NCBI GenBank assembly: GCA_041576165.1
Contig: JBFGLM010000002.1
Coordinates: 64,001 to 128,000 of the forward strand
Reading direction: 5' to 3'
Length of the DNA: 64,000 nt
Source of the DNA: Acidimicrobiia bacterium
GTDB lineage: Bacteria > Actinomycetota > Acidimicrobiia > Spongiisociales > Spongiisociaceae
The position numbers and the translations under genes are program-made. The notes below the pieces were generated by a model. That model saw nothing but the letters and a program-made list of their open reading frames with translations. It was not told the origin of the DNA and made no database searches. Below, one piece after another: positions 20,808 through 30,850 of this stretch; position 1 is the first letter of the stretch, and each line of letters opens with the position of its first letter.

Positions 20808-20988
20808 CGATGGAGGCTCCTGGGTGCGGTAACCCGTGACACTACCGGCATTCGGGTGCTGGGCGAATCACCGCGGCGGCGGCCTCGCGCCGATCGCCTC
20901 GGCGGAGGCGTGTTCGAGTTCACCCGGCAGGATCGAAGCTCTAACCTGACGCCGCCAAGCAATCCCTGGACCCGCCCCGGAGGGCCGC

Positions 20989-22050
20989 ATGCCATTTCCC
21001 GACGGCACTGCAGATTTCAGATCGGATACCGTGACCCGGCCGACGCCGGCGATGATCGAGGCGATGGCTCGCGCCGATGTGGGCGACGACGTGTACGGGG
21101 AAGATCCCACCGTCAACCGGCTCCAGGAGGAGTCGGCGGAGGTGCTGGGGAAGGAAGCTGCACTCTTCACGCCGACCGGTTCGATGGGCAACCAGCTGGC
21201 GATCAGCCTCCAAACGTCGCCCGGCGACGAGGTGCTCTGTGTCGATCGAGCCCATGTCCGCAATTATGAGATGGGTGCAGGTGCCGCCATGTCGGGTGTG
21301 CAATTCCGCCCGGTGCCGACACCGGACGGCCGGATCACCCCGACCGACGTCGACGCGGCGCTCGAATCGGCGAGCTACCGGCTCCCGCGGATCAGCCTCA
21401 TGGCCTGGGAGAACACCCACATGGTCTCGGGCGGGACAGTCGTCCCGCTCGATTTGATGCGTGAGACGAGTGCGCGAGTACACGATGCCGGTGTGGCTGT
21501 ACACCTGGACGGGGCTCGCGTATTCAACGCCGCCGCAGCCAGCGGCACGGACCCTGTCGACTACGGCGCGCTGGTCGACACCGTGCAGTTCTGCTTCTCG
21601 AAGGGCCTCGGTGCGCCCATAGGATCCATCCTGTGTGGTCCTGCCGATTTGATCTCCGAGGCGAGGACCATGCGGAAGCGCTTCGGGGGCGGGATGCGGC
21701 AAGTTGGGGTGATCGCGGCGGCCGCCCGGGTGGCACTAGCCCGACGCGACGAGCTGGCGGACGACCACACGACGGCCCGGCACCTCGCGGAGGGGATCGA
21801 GTCCCGCTTTCCCGGCTCCATCAAACTCGACGAGGTCCAGACCAACATCGTCATCGCCGACTCTTCACACCTGCCGGTGACCGGGACCCAGTTGATGACA
21901 GCGCTGGCCGACCAGGGCGTGCTGGTCGGTGCGGTCGGTTCAGCCACGCTTCGCTTCGTGACACACCACCAGGTGGACGCCGACGACGTGGATCGTGTAC
22001 TGCGGGTCCTGGACGAGCTGTCGGCGGATGCTCGATCCGTGTCCGCCTGA
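20989..22050 (+). CDS. ltaE: Low-specificity L-threonine aldolase
   Basis: [45 protein letters not shown]. Confidence 0.9.
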   Translation: MPFPDGTADFRSDTVTRPTPAMIEAMARADVGDDVYGEDPTVNRLQEESAEVLGKEAALFTPTGSMGNQLAISLQTSPGDEVLCVDRAHVRNYEMGAGAAMSGVQFRPVPTPDGRITPTDVDAALESASYRLPRISLMAWENTHMVSGGTVVPLDLMRETSARVHDAGVAVHLDGARVFNAAAASGTDPVDYGALVDTVQFCFSKGLGAPIGSILCGPADLISEARTMRKRFGGGMRQVGVIAAAARVALARRDELADDHTTARHLAEGIESRFPGSIKLDEVQTNIVIADSSHLPVTGTQLMTALADQGVLVGAVGSATLRFVTHHQVDADDVDRVLRVLDELSADARSVSA

Positions 22051-22088
22051 CGGTAACGGTCGGTGGTGACGCGAGGTCTCACGTAGCG

Positions 22089-23027
22089 ATGCCGTTTGCG
22101 ATTCTGTTCCCGGGGCAAGGCACTCAAGAGGTCGGGATGGGCGCCGAGCTGTTCGACGCCCGCCCCGATGTCCTGATCGAAACCGCTGATGAGGTGTTGG
22201 GCTGGTCTCTGCGAAGCACCTGCCTGGAGGGACCGCTGGGACTCCTCACCGCCACAGACCGGGCCCAGCCGGCCATCTACGCGCTCTCCTACGTTCTGTG
22301 GGAAGAGCTGGCGAGCCGCCTGGCAGCAGCGCCAACCGCGGCAGCGGGTCATAGCTTGGGCGAGTACACGGCGTTGGCCGCAGCCGGAAGTTTTGGGTTT
22401 GAGGATGGGTTGCGGCTGGTCAGCGCGCGGGGTCGGGCGATGGCCGCCGCGGCCGCCCAGGAGCGTTCCGGTATGGCCGCTTTGATCGGCGTGGACGTCG
22501 ATGGTGCCGAGACAGTCTGCCGGGCCCGGCGGGACGACGGAGGCAAGTTGTGGGTGGCCAACATCAATGCTCCCGGACAGGTGGTCGTGGCCGGGGGTGC
22601 CGAGGATCTGGAATGGCTGGCCGACCATGCCCGGGAGTTCGGCGTGCGGCGGGCCATTCCGTTGAATGTGGCAGGAGCGTTCCATTCACCGTTCATGCAA
22701 CCGGCCGTAGCCGCATTGGATTCGGTGTTGCGTGACCTGGAATTCGGCGCTCCGGCCTTCGACGTGTGGGCGAACGCGACCGCTGCTCCCTTGACGGGCG
22801 GGGAGATTGCCGCCCGGCTGACCGAGCAGGTGGTGTCGCCCGTTCGGTTCGCGGACGGGCTGGTGGGTATGGCTGCGACGGGTATTGACTGTTTCGTGCA
22901 CGTCGGACCCGGGGACGTCACCGCCGGCATGGCGAAGCGAACGGTGGGAGGGGCCACGGTCCTCACCGCCAACTCACTGGGGGCTCTGGACGAGGTCGCA
23001 GGCCTCGCCGTGGCCTCCGTACAATGA
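22089..23027 (+). CDS. fabD: Malonyl-CoA:ACP transacylase
   Basis: FPGQG, AQPAI, GHSLGEY, GAFHS. Confidence 0.93.
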   Translation: MPFAILFPGQGTQEVGMGAELFDARPDVLIETADEVLGWSLRSTCLEGPLGLLTATDRAQPAIYALSYVLWEELASRLAAAPTAAAGHSLGEYTALAAAGSFGFEDGLRLVSARGRAMAAAAAQERSGMAALIGVDVDGAETVCRARRDDGGKLWVANINAPGQVVVAGGAEDLEWLADHAREFGVRRAIPLNVAGAFHSPFMQPAVAALDSVLRDLEFGAPAFDVWANATAAPLTGGEIAARLTEQVVSPVRFADGLVGMAATGIDCFVHVGPGDVTAGMAKRTVGGATVLTANSLGALDEVAGLAVASVQ

Positions 23028-23055
23028 CCCGTCTCACCAGCAGCAGGAGGTTGTG

Positions 23056-24156
23056 ATGCGGCAGGCGGAGATCGTCGGTTGGGGCAAAGCCCTCCCGCCG
23101 AGCGTATTGACGAATCACGATCTCGAGAAGATCGTCGAAACCAGTGACGAGTGGATCACCACCCGGACCGGTATCAAGGAGCGCCGCATCTCCCATGTCG
23201 AGGCGAGCGATCTGGCAACGGTGGCGGCTCGGCGAGCCCTGGCCGCAGCCGATATGGACGCCGCCGACATCGGGCTCGTCATCAACGCCACGTGCACTCC
23301 TCGCTCCCTGGTGCCGGCGAGCGCTGCGTACGTCCAGCGCGATATCGGGGCCGTCAACGCCGGGGCCATGGACATGAATGCGGCGTGCAGCGGATGGATC
23401 TACGCATTCGTCGCCGCCTCCAGCATGGTCCAGTCCGGAGCCATCGACTCGGCCTTGGTGATCGGGGTCGAGAAGCTCAGCTACATCATGGATTTCACCG
23501 ACCGTACGACCTGTGTGCTGTTCGGCGACGGAGCCGGGGCAGTCGTGCTGCGGGCGTCGGACGACCCGGTGGGTTTGCTGGCCTCCGAGTTGGGAAACGA
23601 CGGTGAGGCAATCCAGCTCCTCGAGGTGCCGGTCGACGGAGCGGAAGGCTCGCCGGGACCACGCGACCCGCGAACCAGCTCGATCTCGATGCAGGGGCCC
23701 GAAGTGTTCCGACGGGCCGTCACGATGATGGGGGAGGCGTCGGAAGCGGTCGTGGAGCGCGCCGGATGGGGCGTCGGCGACGTCGATTTGTTGGTCCCGC
23801 ATCAAGCGAACCAGCGGATAATCGACGCCACCGCCCGCCGGCTCAAACTCGACGCTTCCAAGGTGTTCCTCAACATCCACGCCTACGGCAACACCTCGTC
23901 TGCCACGATCCCCATCGCGTTGACCGAAGCGCTCGAGCAGGGTCAGGTGCCACCGGCGGCGAACCTCGTGTTCGCCGCCTTCGGGGGAGGTCTCAGCTGG
24001 GCGGCTGCGGCCGTCAAGTGGGGCTCCCGCATCGAGCCGCTGCGAGAGAGCGACGCCACAGTGTCCCCTACCGACACGACGGTGATGGAACTGCTGCAAC
24101 CTTCTTTCGATTTCTTCGGGCCTGCCTCGCTGGCATCGGAGGGCCAGGGTTCGTGA
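23056..24156 (+). CDS. fabH: Beta-ketoacyl-ACP synthase III
   Basis: TRTGIKER, AACSG, LFGDGAGA, PHQAN, GNTSSA. Confidence 0.95.
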   Translation: MRQAEIVGWGKALPPSVLTNHDLEKIVETSDEWITTRTGIKERRISHVEASDLATVAARRALAAADMDAADIGLVINATCTPRSLVPASAAYVQRDIGAVNAGAMDMNAACSGWIYAFVAASSMVQSGAIDSALVIGVEKLSYIMDFTDRTTCVLFGDGAGAVVLRASDDPVGLLASELGNDGEAIQLLEVPVDGAEGSPGPRDPRTSSISMQGPEVFRRAVTMMGEASEAVVERAGWGVGDVDLLVPHQANQRIIDATARRLKLDASKVFLNIHAYGNTSSATIPIALTEALEQGQVPPAANLVFAAFGGGLSWAAAAVKWGSRIEPLRESDATVSPTDTTVMELLQPSFDFFGPASLASEGQGS

Positions 24157-24887
24157 GCCATGTCGCCCTCGTCACCGGCGGATCTCGCGGCATCGGGCGG
24201 GCGATCGCCCTCGAACTGGCCTCACAGGGGGCGTCGATTGCGGTCAACTATGCGCAACGGTCGGATGCAGCTGAGGAAGTGGTGAAGACCATCAACTCGA
24301 ATGGGGGAACGGCGGTCGCCGTCGGCGGCGACATGAGCCAGCCGGACACGGCCTCGGCAATGGTCAGCGAGGTCGCTGACGAGTTGGGCCCGGTCGACAT
24401 TCTGGTCAACAACGCAGGGATCACCCGCGACGACCTGCTGCTGCGGTTGGACATCGACCAGTGGGATGAGGTCATCAACGTGAATCTGCGGTCGGCCTTC
24501 CTGGCGTCCAAGGCCGCGCTGCGGGGGATGCTCAGGGCAAAATGGGGCCGGATCATTTCGATCAGCTCGGTGGCGGGCCTGGCCGGCAACCCGGGTCAGA
24601 CCAACTACGCCGCTTCCAAGGCTGGCTTGATCGGGTTTTCGAAGTCGCTGGCCAAGGAAGTTGGATCGCGGGGCATCACCGTCAATGTCGTGGCGCCGGG
24701 CTTCATAGAAACAGAAATGACTGAGGCGCTTGGCGAAGCTGCGGCCGGAGCGGCAGCGGCTGCGACGAGTCTCGGGCGCCTGGGCACGCCGGCTGAGGTC
24801 GCCTCGGCCGTCGGCTATCTTGCCTCCGAACAAGCGTCCTACATCACCGGCCAGGTGCTCGTAGTAGACGGAGGACTGGCCCTGTGA
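24153..24887 (+). CDS. fabG: 3-oxoacyl-ACP reductase
   Basis: TGGSRGIG, NNAGITRD, YAASK; inside the fab operon. Confidence 0.94.
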   Translation: MSHVALVTGGSRGIGRAIALELASQGASIAVNYAQRSDAAEEVVKTINSNGGTAVAVGGDMSQPDTASAMVSEVADELGPVDILVNNAGITRDDLLLRLDIDQWDEVINVNLRSAFLASKAALRGMLRAKWGRIISISSVAGLAGNPGQTNYAASKAGLIGFSKSLAKEVGSRGITVNVVAPGFIETEMTEALGEAAAGAAAAATSLGRLGTPAEVASAVGYLASEQASYITGQVLVVDGGLAL

Positions 24888-24918
24888 GAGGGTCGGATCG
24901 AGAAGGGATGGGCAAACC

Positions 24919-25164
24919 ATGGATCGTGCGGAAATCGAATCGAAGCTGAAGGATCTGCTGGTGAGCGAGCTCGGCCTCGAAGCCGACAAGATCACCGGCG
25001 ACGCCAGCTTCGAAGAGGACCTCGAAGTCGATTCGCTCGGCGTGGTCGAGCTGCTCATGGCCATGGAAGACGAATTCGGTGTGAAGATCCCGGACGAAGA
25101 AGCTGAGGAGATCGGCACCGTGGGCCAGGCCGTCGACCTGGTGCAAGCCAAGCTGGCCGGCTGA
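24919..25164 (+). CDS. acpP: Acyl carrier protein
   Basis: DLEVDSLGVVELLMAMEDEFG, acidic 81 aa. Confidence 0.95.
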   Translation: MDRAEIESKLKDLLVSELGLEADKITGDASFEEDLEVDSLGVVELLMAMEDEFGVKIPDEEAEEIGTVGQAVDLVQAKLAG

Positions 25165-25181
25165 ACAAGAGGAGCTCTGAC

Positions 25182-26432
25182 ATGAGCGGCAGCCGACGAC
25201 GGGTCGTGGTCACCGGCATGGGTGCGGTGACACCCATCGGCCATTCGGTCGACTCGTTTTGGAAGTCGGCGACAGCCGGAGTTTCGGGCGTTGGTCCGAT
25301 CACGCTGTTCGACCCGGCCCGGATCGAGACCAAGATCGCAGCCGAAGTGAAGGGTTTCGACCCAGAGGTCTACATGCCACGGCGCGAGTCGCGGCGGCTC
25401 GACCGGTTTGCCCAACTGTTCATCGCCGCCGCGCAGCAGGCCATGGACGATTCCGGACTGGATTTCACCGATGATGACGAAGCGGGCGCCCGCGCCGGCA
25501 TTGTGCTGGGTGCAGGCATCGGCGGGATGTTGTCCTTCGTCGACCAGCACAACGTACTCAGAGAACGCGGACCCGACAGAGTCAGCCCCTTGGCCATCAC
25601 CATGATCATCCCCAACGAGGGGGCTGGGGTGGCTTCGATCAGATTCAACATGTTGGGCCCGGTGTCGTGTGTCGTGACTGCGTGTGCGGCCTCCGCCAAC
25701 GCTATTGGGGACGCCGCGGAAATGATCAGGCGGGGCACAGCGGATGTCATGCTGGCAGGCGGAGCGGAGGCGACGATCTGCGAATTCGGGGTCGGTTCGT
25801 TCAATCAGAGCAAGGCACTCAGCACCCGCAACGACGACCCCACGGGCGCCTCCCGCCCCTTCGACCGGGACCGCGATGGGTTTGTCATGGGCGAGGGCGC
25901 AGCGGCGCTGGTGCTGGAAGAACGTGAGCAGGCCATGCAACGAAACGCCACGATCCACGCCGAACTGCTGGGCTACGGCATGAGTTCGGACGCCTACCAC
26001 GTCACGCTGCCTCGCCCCGGCGGGGAAGGCGCAGCGCGAGCCATGACCAATGCGCTGGACGATGCTCAACTCAATCCCGCCGACGTTGACTACATAAACG
26101 CGCACGGCACCTCGACGCCGGCCAACGATTCGACCGAGACCGCCGCCATCAAACAGGCCATGGGCGATACCTCCCACACGACCCCGGTGTCGTCGACCAA
26201 ATCGATGACCGGGCACCTGCTCGGCGGCGCCGGAGCGGCGGAGTCGATCATGTGTATCCAGGCCATCAAGGAGGGGGTGCTGCCCCCGACGATCAATCTC
26301 GAGACGCCCGATCCCGAATGCGACCTCGACTACGTGCCGAACGAGGCTCGTGAGGCCCGGGTTGTGAATGCCATGACGAATTCGTTCGGCTTCGGGGGCC
26401 ACAACGTTGCGCTGATCTACGGAGCCGCCTAG
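25182..26432 (+). CDS. fabF: Beta-ketoacyl-ACP synthase II
   Basis: RRVVVTG, TACAAS, NAHGTST, GHLLG, NSFGFGGHN. Confidence 0.96.
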   Translation: MSGSRRRVVVTGMGAVTPIGHSVDSFWKSATAGVSGVGPITLFDPARIETKIAAEVKGFDPEVYMPRRESRRLDRFAQLFIAAAQQAMDDSGLDFTDDDEAGARAGIVLGAGIGGMLSFVDQHNVLRERGPDRVSPLAITMIIPNEGAGVASIRFNMLGPVSCVVTACAASANAIGDAAEMIRRGTADVMLAGGAEATICEFGVGSFNQSKALSTRNDDPTGASRPFDRDRDGFVMGEGAAALVLEEREQAMQRNATIHAELLGYGMSSDAYHVTLPRPGGEGAARAMTNALDDAQLNPADVDYINAHGTSTPANDSTETAAIKQAMGDTSHTTPVSSTKSMTGHLLGGAGAAESIMCIQAIKEGVLPPTINLETPDPECDLDYVPNEAREARVVNAMTNSFGFGGHNVALIYGAA

Positions 26433-26488
26433 GGGCGTCACGTCCGCGTACGGGGTTCGGCGGCGGGGTGCGAAACGCCCACCAGCCT

Positions 26489-26761
26489 CTACGCATCATC
26501 ACCTGATGGCTCATCCGATGCCGGTGGGGGCGGGCCGGCCCCGCTGGTTTCTCGCCATTCGGCGAAGGAGCGTACGGCCAGGATGACGACGACAGCCACT
26601 CCGCCGCCGCACACCAGCGCGCCGACGATCGTTACCGCGATCGCGGTGCCGTAACATGTGTCGGGCTGACAGCTGATGGATGTCACGATCCACCCGATCA
26701 GCCCGCCCACCACCAAAGCCGCCAGCACCGGCCACAGAACCCACGGGTTTATGCGGCTCAC
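26489..26761 (-). CDS. Small two-TM hypothetical protein
   Basis: Two hydrophobic helices flanking a CQPDTC loop; 3 nt downstream of the co-oriented gene. Confidence 0.6.
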   Translation of the reverse strand: MSRINPWVLWPVLAALVVGGLIGWIVTSISCQPDTCYGTAIAVTIVGALVCGGGVAVVVILAVRSFAEWRETSGAGPPPPASDEPSGDDA

Positions 26762-26764
26762 GCC

Positions 26765-27553
26765 TCAGTCCTTCTTCTTGGGCCGGCCTTTCGGGTCAAA
26801 CCCGGCCGCCCCGAGTACGTCGGGCGGAACCATCTCCGGCAGGATTGGCACGGGTGAAACCCGCTGGGGCGCGAGCGGGTTGGCGGCGGCCAGTGCTGGT
26901 TTGCTCCATGCCAGCACTGTCACGACTGCGGCGAATACGCCTAGGCCGGCGGCGGCCCACAATTCCAGCCCGATGACGGCCCAAGCTGCCAGCACCGGCC
27001 AGCCCAGCCGTATCGCCCACAGCGCGCGGACGAGCGCCCGCATGTACGCCCAGCCCAGAATCACCCCGGCCGCGGCCAGCACCCACCCTCCGGTGGTCAC
27101 GCCCGCATAGCCGAGAGCGCCCACCACCGCCGGGGAACCGGCCAGCGTTAGTGCCAGCGTGGTGGCAGATGCCGGCACCCGGTCGGGGCGGCTGACAGCC
27201 GCCATGGCCTCCAGCGCCCGACGGCGCCACAGCATCGCAGTGGCGAGCGTCGCGGCGGCTACAGCGATCCACCATCCAGGGGTGATATCCAGCGCGACGG
27301 CGACGCTCAATTCGAACGCGAGCAGGACCGTCACACTGATCGCTACCCATCGGCCCGGCGACAGCAGCGCGGCCACCGCAAGCACGGCGTTGAGTAGAAC
27401 AACGCCGGACGCGAGCAGCGCCGCCGCCGCTTCCGGCCACGGCGTCGGAGCGAAGGTGAGTCGAGCCACCCAGGCAATCGCCGCGATCACCAACACGGCG
27501 GCAGCCCGCACCAGGGCGGTGCTGGCGTGACGTTCGGGGGTCGGGGCGGTCAT
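26765..27553 (-). CDS. Multi-pass membrane hypothetical protein
   Basis: About eight hydrophobic segments; TAGTCT -10 box 8 nt before the ATG. Confidence 0.7.
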   Translation of the reverse strand: MTAPTPERHASTALVRAAAVLVIAAIAWVARLTFAPTPWPEAAAALLASGVVLLNAVLAVAALLSPGRWVAISVTVLLAFELSVAVALDITPGWWIAVAAATLATAMLWRRRALEAMAAVSRPDRVPASATTLALTLAGSPAVVGALGYAGVTTGGWVLAAAGVILGWAYMRALVRALWAIRLGWPVLAAWAVIGLELWAAAGLGVFAAVVTVLAWSKPALAAANPLAPQRVSPVPILPEMVPPDVLGAAGFDPKGRPKKKD

Positions 27554-27623
27554 GTCACAACAGACTAGAACGGGAACAGGGCGCCTCCATCCGGGACGTC
27601 ACTCCCGGCGATAGCATCCCCAC

Positions 27624-28154
27624 ATGTCGACCACACGCGGCTCTTGGCCCGGCGACCCGATCTATTGCTCTCAATGCGGGACTCGGTTGGAAGATCAACC
27701 CATGCACAACGGAGACCTGCGCCCGACATGTCCCCGCTGCGGATACATCGCGTTTCGGAGCCCGTCCGTGGGTGTTGCGGTGCTGGTGCGTGATGCATCG
27801 GGTCGGGTGTTGATGGTGAAGCGGGCCGAGGGTGCCACCCGGCCCGGCCTGTGGTCGATCCCGGCGGGTTACATGGACTACGGCGAAGAGGTCAGAGAGG
27901 CCGCCGCCCGAGAGCTGGAGGAAGAAACCGGGCTCGAGGCCGACGTCGGGGAGGTCGTGTTCGTAGCGTCGAATTTCCACGATCCGGCAAAGCTCACCGT
28001 GGGCATTTGGTTCGAGGGGAACGTGGTTGGAGGCAATCTGGAGGCCGGAGACGATGCGGCAGAGGTGGGATGGTTTTCCCTCGACGAGCTGCCGCCGCTC
28101 GCGTTCGAAACGGATGAGGCGCTGTTCGAACAACTGCGCTCCGGGGTCTGGTGA
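27624..28154 (+). CDS. NUDIX hydrolase with N-terminal zinc ribbon
   Basis: CSQCG/CPRCG and Nudix box GYMDYGEEVREAAARELEEETGL. Confidence 0.92.
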   Translation: MSTTRGSWPGDPIYCSQCGTRLEDQPMHNGDLRPTCPRCGYIAFRSPSVGVAVLVRDASGRVLMVKRAEGATRPGLWSIPAGYMDYGEEVREAAARELEEETGLEADVGEVVFVASNFHDPAKLTVGIWFEGNVVGGNLEAGDDAAEVGWFSLDELPPLAFETDEALFEQLRSGVW

Positions 28155-28241
28155 GGTCAAGCCCGTTAGGTCGCGATCGTCCGCCGAGACGGCGTTGGTT
28201 CACATAGACTCGACTCGGCTTCATCACCGGAGGAGAGGGCC

Positions 28242-28331
28242 GTGAGACCAGGGCACGCCAGCAGATGCACGTCCCGGCGCACCGCCTGGAGCCGGCTGGA
28301 CTCCGGCCATATACCGGACGTGGTGCGATGA
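28242..28331 (+). CDS. Putative 29-aa upstream peptide coupled to the CHAT gene
   Basis: GGAGGAG RBS (28229-28235), GTG 28242, TGA overlapping ATG 28328 (ATGA). Confidence 0.4.
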   Translation: MRPGHASRCTSRRTAWSRLDSGHIPDVVR

Positions 28332-30850
28332 CGGTGCGACCGGCTGAGATCCGGCCACTCGGCGTCCACGAACTCGAGCCGCTCCTCGACCTGGTTGCGG
28401 GCTCCGACCCCGCCGTGCGCCGGAGAGCGCTTGACGTCCTCACCGTCTTTCCTCTGACCGACGCCGCGTGGCGGCACGTGGCGCGAATCGTCCTGGTTGC
28501 GATCGAGCTGGATCCCCATGCAGAAACGCTGGTCGCGGCGGCCCAGGTTCCAGTCCGCGAGGTGCGGGAGCAGTTGCACGCTCAGCTCGGGCTGGCACCA
28601 CCCGAGCAACGCACCGCGCTCGCCCAAGCACTGGTGGCGGCCGGCGACGCCGCGGCCGCGCCGGTGCTGGTGCGCCGGCTCGCAGTGGCGGAGCCCGGCC
28701 GGGCAATGGCCGCCGCCGAGGCGCTTGGGCAGATAGCGCCCGCCGTGCCGACCGGATTGGCGCGGGAGATCTTCGAACAGTCGAAGTCGGACGACGTCCG
28801 CTTGTGGTTGGCAGTCCATCTGGCCAGGGGAGGCGACATCCGACCGCTCCAACAGTTGATCGACGAAGCGGCCGCGGGCAGCTTCCGTCCGGCGCACTAC
28901 CACGGCGATTCGACAGCATGGGCCGCCCGGATAGAGCCGAACCCGCCGATGCCCCGAGTTGTCATCGACCTCACGACCGGCCACGGCGCTGGGGGCAACA
29001 TCGTGGTCGACCTGCTGACGGCGCTGGAGAGTCGGGCGGCACCGGGTGCGGCGAGTGAGCAAGGACACCTGGCCGGGGTCGCGCGCACGGCACTAGACCA
29101 CGCAGCCAATGATCCCACGCAGGCACTTGAGAGCCTCGAGGCGGCGGTCGCGGAGCACGGGATCAAACCTCCCGCCCGGCCCCATTTGGAGAACTCGACC
29201 GTCGACTTGATAGCGCTCGAAGAGGAGGTGTTGGTCGAGACAGCCCCGCTGGATGATCTGGGCCTCGAGAGCCTGGGACCGGTTCGGTCGGCCATGGAGG
29301 CTTCGCCGCCGGATGCCGCGGCGGCATCCGGAACCGACCACGTATATGCCCTCCTCAAATGTCCGGGCACGGTTGCGGCTGAACAGGAATTCGAGCTTGC
29401 GGTCGGCCTGAGTCCCGCTCAGTCCGAAGGTGTCGTCGGCGGGCCGCTGGAGGGTCTCGAGGGCCGAGCCAAACCGTACGTCATCTCCGTCCAGGTGGTA
29501 GCCGACGGGTTTGAGCTGCGGGAAGGCGAGCGCTGGCGCCACGACCTAGCGGTGACCGACGCTCAGCCCTTCCCAACCACGCTATTGCATCTGCGGGCCG
29601 TCCCCACCGACGCGGCGGTGCGGGCGGCCGCCATCTCTGCGACATTCACCGTCGACGGTCAAATGGTTGGCATGGCTGTGCGGCCGGTGGCCATAACGGC
29701 TCCCGGGGTGACCGCCCCGGAGGAGAGCGGACCTCAGGAGGTCGTCGGGGCCGATCTGGCCATCCCTACCGGGCCGGTACCGGCGGATCTCACGGTGGCT
29801 TTCCACCAGGCCCGCGAGCTCCATCTGCTCAGGATGACGATCGAGTCGCCACACGACACGGTGAGAATCCCCGAAATCGACGTCGAGGTGAGCATCGGTG
29901 CCGACCCGGACGAGTACGCCCGTGAACTGGTGCGCGACATGGATGGGCTAGAGGGGAGTGCCGGCTTGCGGCGCGAGCTGGAGGGACGGGGCCGGATGCT
30001 GAGTCAATCGCTGCCCGAGGAGTTCTGGGCAGCACTGCGGGAGGCTGCAGAGGCCGCCGGCGGGCGGCCGTCTGTGCTGCTGGTGTCGGCCGAGGGACGT
30101 ATCCCCTGGGAGTTGGCACTGGTCGATCCGCCACTCGATCCCGACCAGCCGCCGTTTTTGTCGACCCAGGCCGTCATCGGGCGGTGGGTCCTGGCCGGCG
30201 GCGTGCCGCTTCCGCCGCCCCACGAGCGTCCATTCGGTTCGATGGCCGTGATCACCGGCGACTACACCGATCTTCCTCGCTGGGATTCGCTGGCGGCGGC
30301 CGACAATGAACGGGATGAGCTACACGGCCGCTACCAGGCGGAGCCGGTCGACGCCAAGTATGAGCCGGTGATCGAGCTCCTGGAGCGAAAGCCCGCCCCG
30401 ACTGTGTTGCATCTGGCCGTGCACGGCAAGTACACCCAGGGTTCCGGGCGAGAGGGAATTGTTCTCACCGACGGGGAGTGGCTCACGCCCAACGTCGTGA
30501 TGGCCCAGGAAATCGAGGGCGAGCCGCTGGTATTCCTCAACGCTTGCCAGGTCGGTTCGTCGGACGCCGTGCTCAACCAGTACGCCGGGCTGGCTCCGGC
30601 ATTCCTGCGAGCGCGCGCGTGTGGGGTCATTGCGCCGATGTGGAGCGTCAAGGACGAGATTGCTCGCAACATGGCGCTCGGCTTCTACACGGCGACGCTT
30701 GAAGAAGGAGTTTCGGTGGGCGAAGCCATCCGGCGCGCACGATCGGCATTTGCTGCGGGCGGCGAGCCGACTTCTGCGACATTCATGGCGTATCAGTACT
30801 TCGGCCATCCGGAACTCCGGCTGGCCCCGTCGGACCCAGGAGGTGGATGA
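28328..30850 (+). CDS. CHAT-domain (caspase-like) cysteine protease with HEAT-like N-terminus
   Basis: IPWELA, LHLAVHG (His), VFLNACQVG (Cys), GVIAPMWSVKD, AYQYFGHP; N-terminal alpha-helical repeats (DPAVRRRALDVL, AAAEALGQI). Alternative start 28265. Confidence 0.88.
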   Translation: MTVRPAEIRPLGVHELEPLLDLVAGSDPAVRRRALDVLTVFPLTDAAWRHVARIVLVAIELDPHAETLVAAAQVPVREVREQLHAQLGLAPPEQRTALAQALVAAGDAAAAPVLVRRLAVAEPGRAMAAAEALGQIAPAVPTGLAREIFEQSKSDDVRLWLAVHLARGGDIRPLQQLIDEAAAGSFRPAHYHGDSTAWAARIEPNPPMPRVVIDLTTGHGAGGNIVVDLLTALESRAAPGAASEQGHLAGVARTALDHAANDPTQALESLEAAVAEHGIKPPARPHLENSTVDLIALEEEVLVETAPLDDLGLESLGPVRSAMEASPPDAAAASGTDHVYALLKCPGTVAAEQEFELAVGLSPAQSEGVVGGPLEGLEGRAKPYVISVQVVADGFELREGERWRHDLAVTDAQPFPTTLLHLRAVPTDAAVRAAAISATFTVDGQMVGMAVRPVAITAPGVTAPEESGPQEVVGADLAIPTGPVPADLTVAFHQARELHLLRMTIESPHDTVRIPEIDVEVSIGADPDEYARELVRDMDGLEGSAGLRRELEGRGRMLSQSLPEEFWAALREAAEAAGGRPSVLLVSAEGRIPWELALVDPPLDPDQPPFLSTQAVIGRWVLAGGVPLPPPHERPFGSMAVITGDYTDLPRWDSLAAADNERDELHGRYQAEPVDAKYEPVIELLERKPAPTVLHLAVHGKYTQGSGREGIVLTDGEWLTPNVVMAQEIEGEPLVFLNACQVGSSDAVLNQYAGLAPAFLRARACGVIAPMWSVKDEIARNMALGFYTATLEEGVSVGEAIRRARSAFAAGGEPTSATFMAYQYFGHPELRLAPSDPGGG

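Noticed and set aside
22089-26432. Type II polyketide cluster
   Set aside because: No chain-length factor or cyclases; fabD-fabH-fabG-acpP-fabF is an ordinary fatty-acid synthesis operon.
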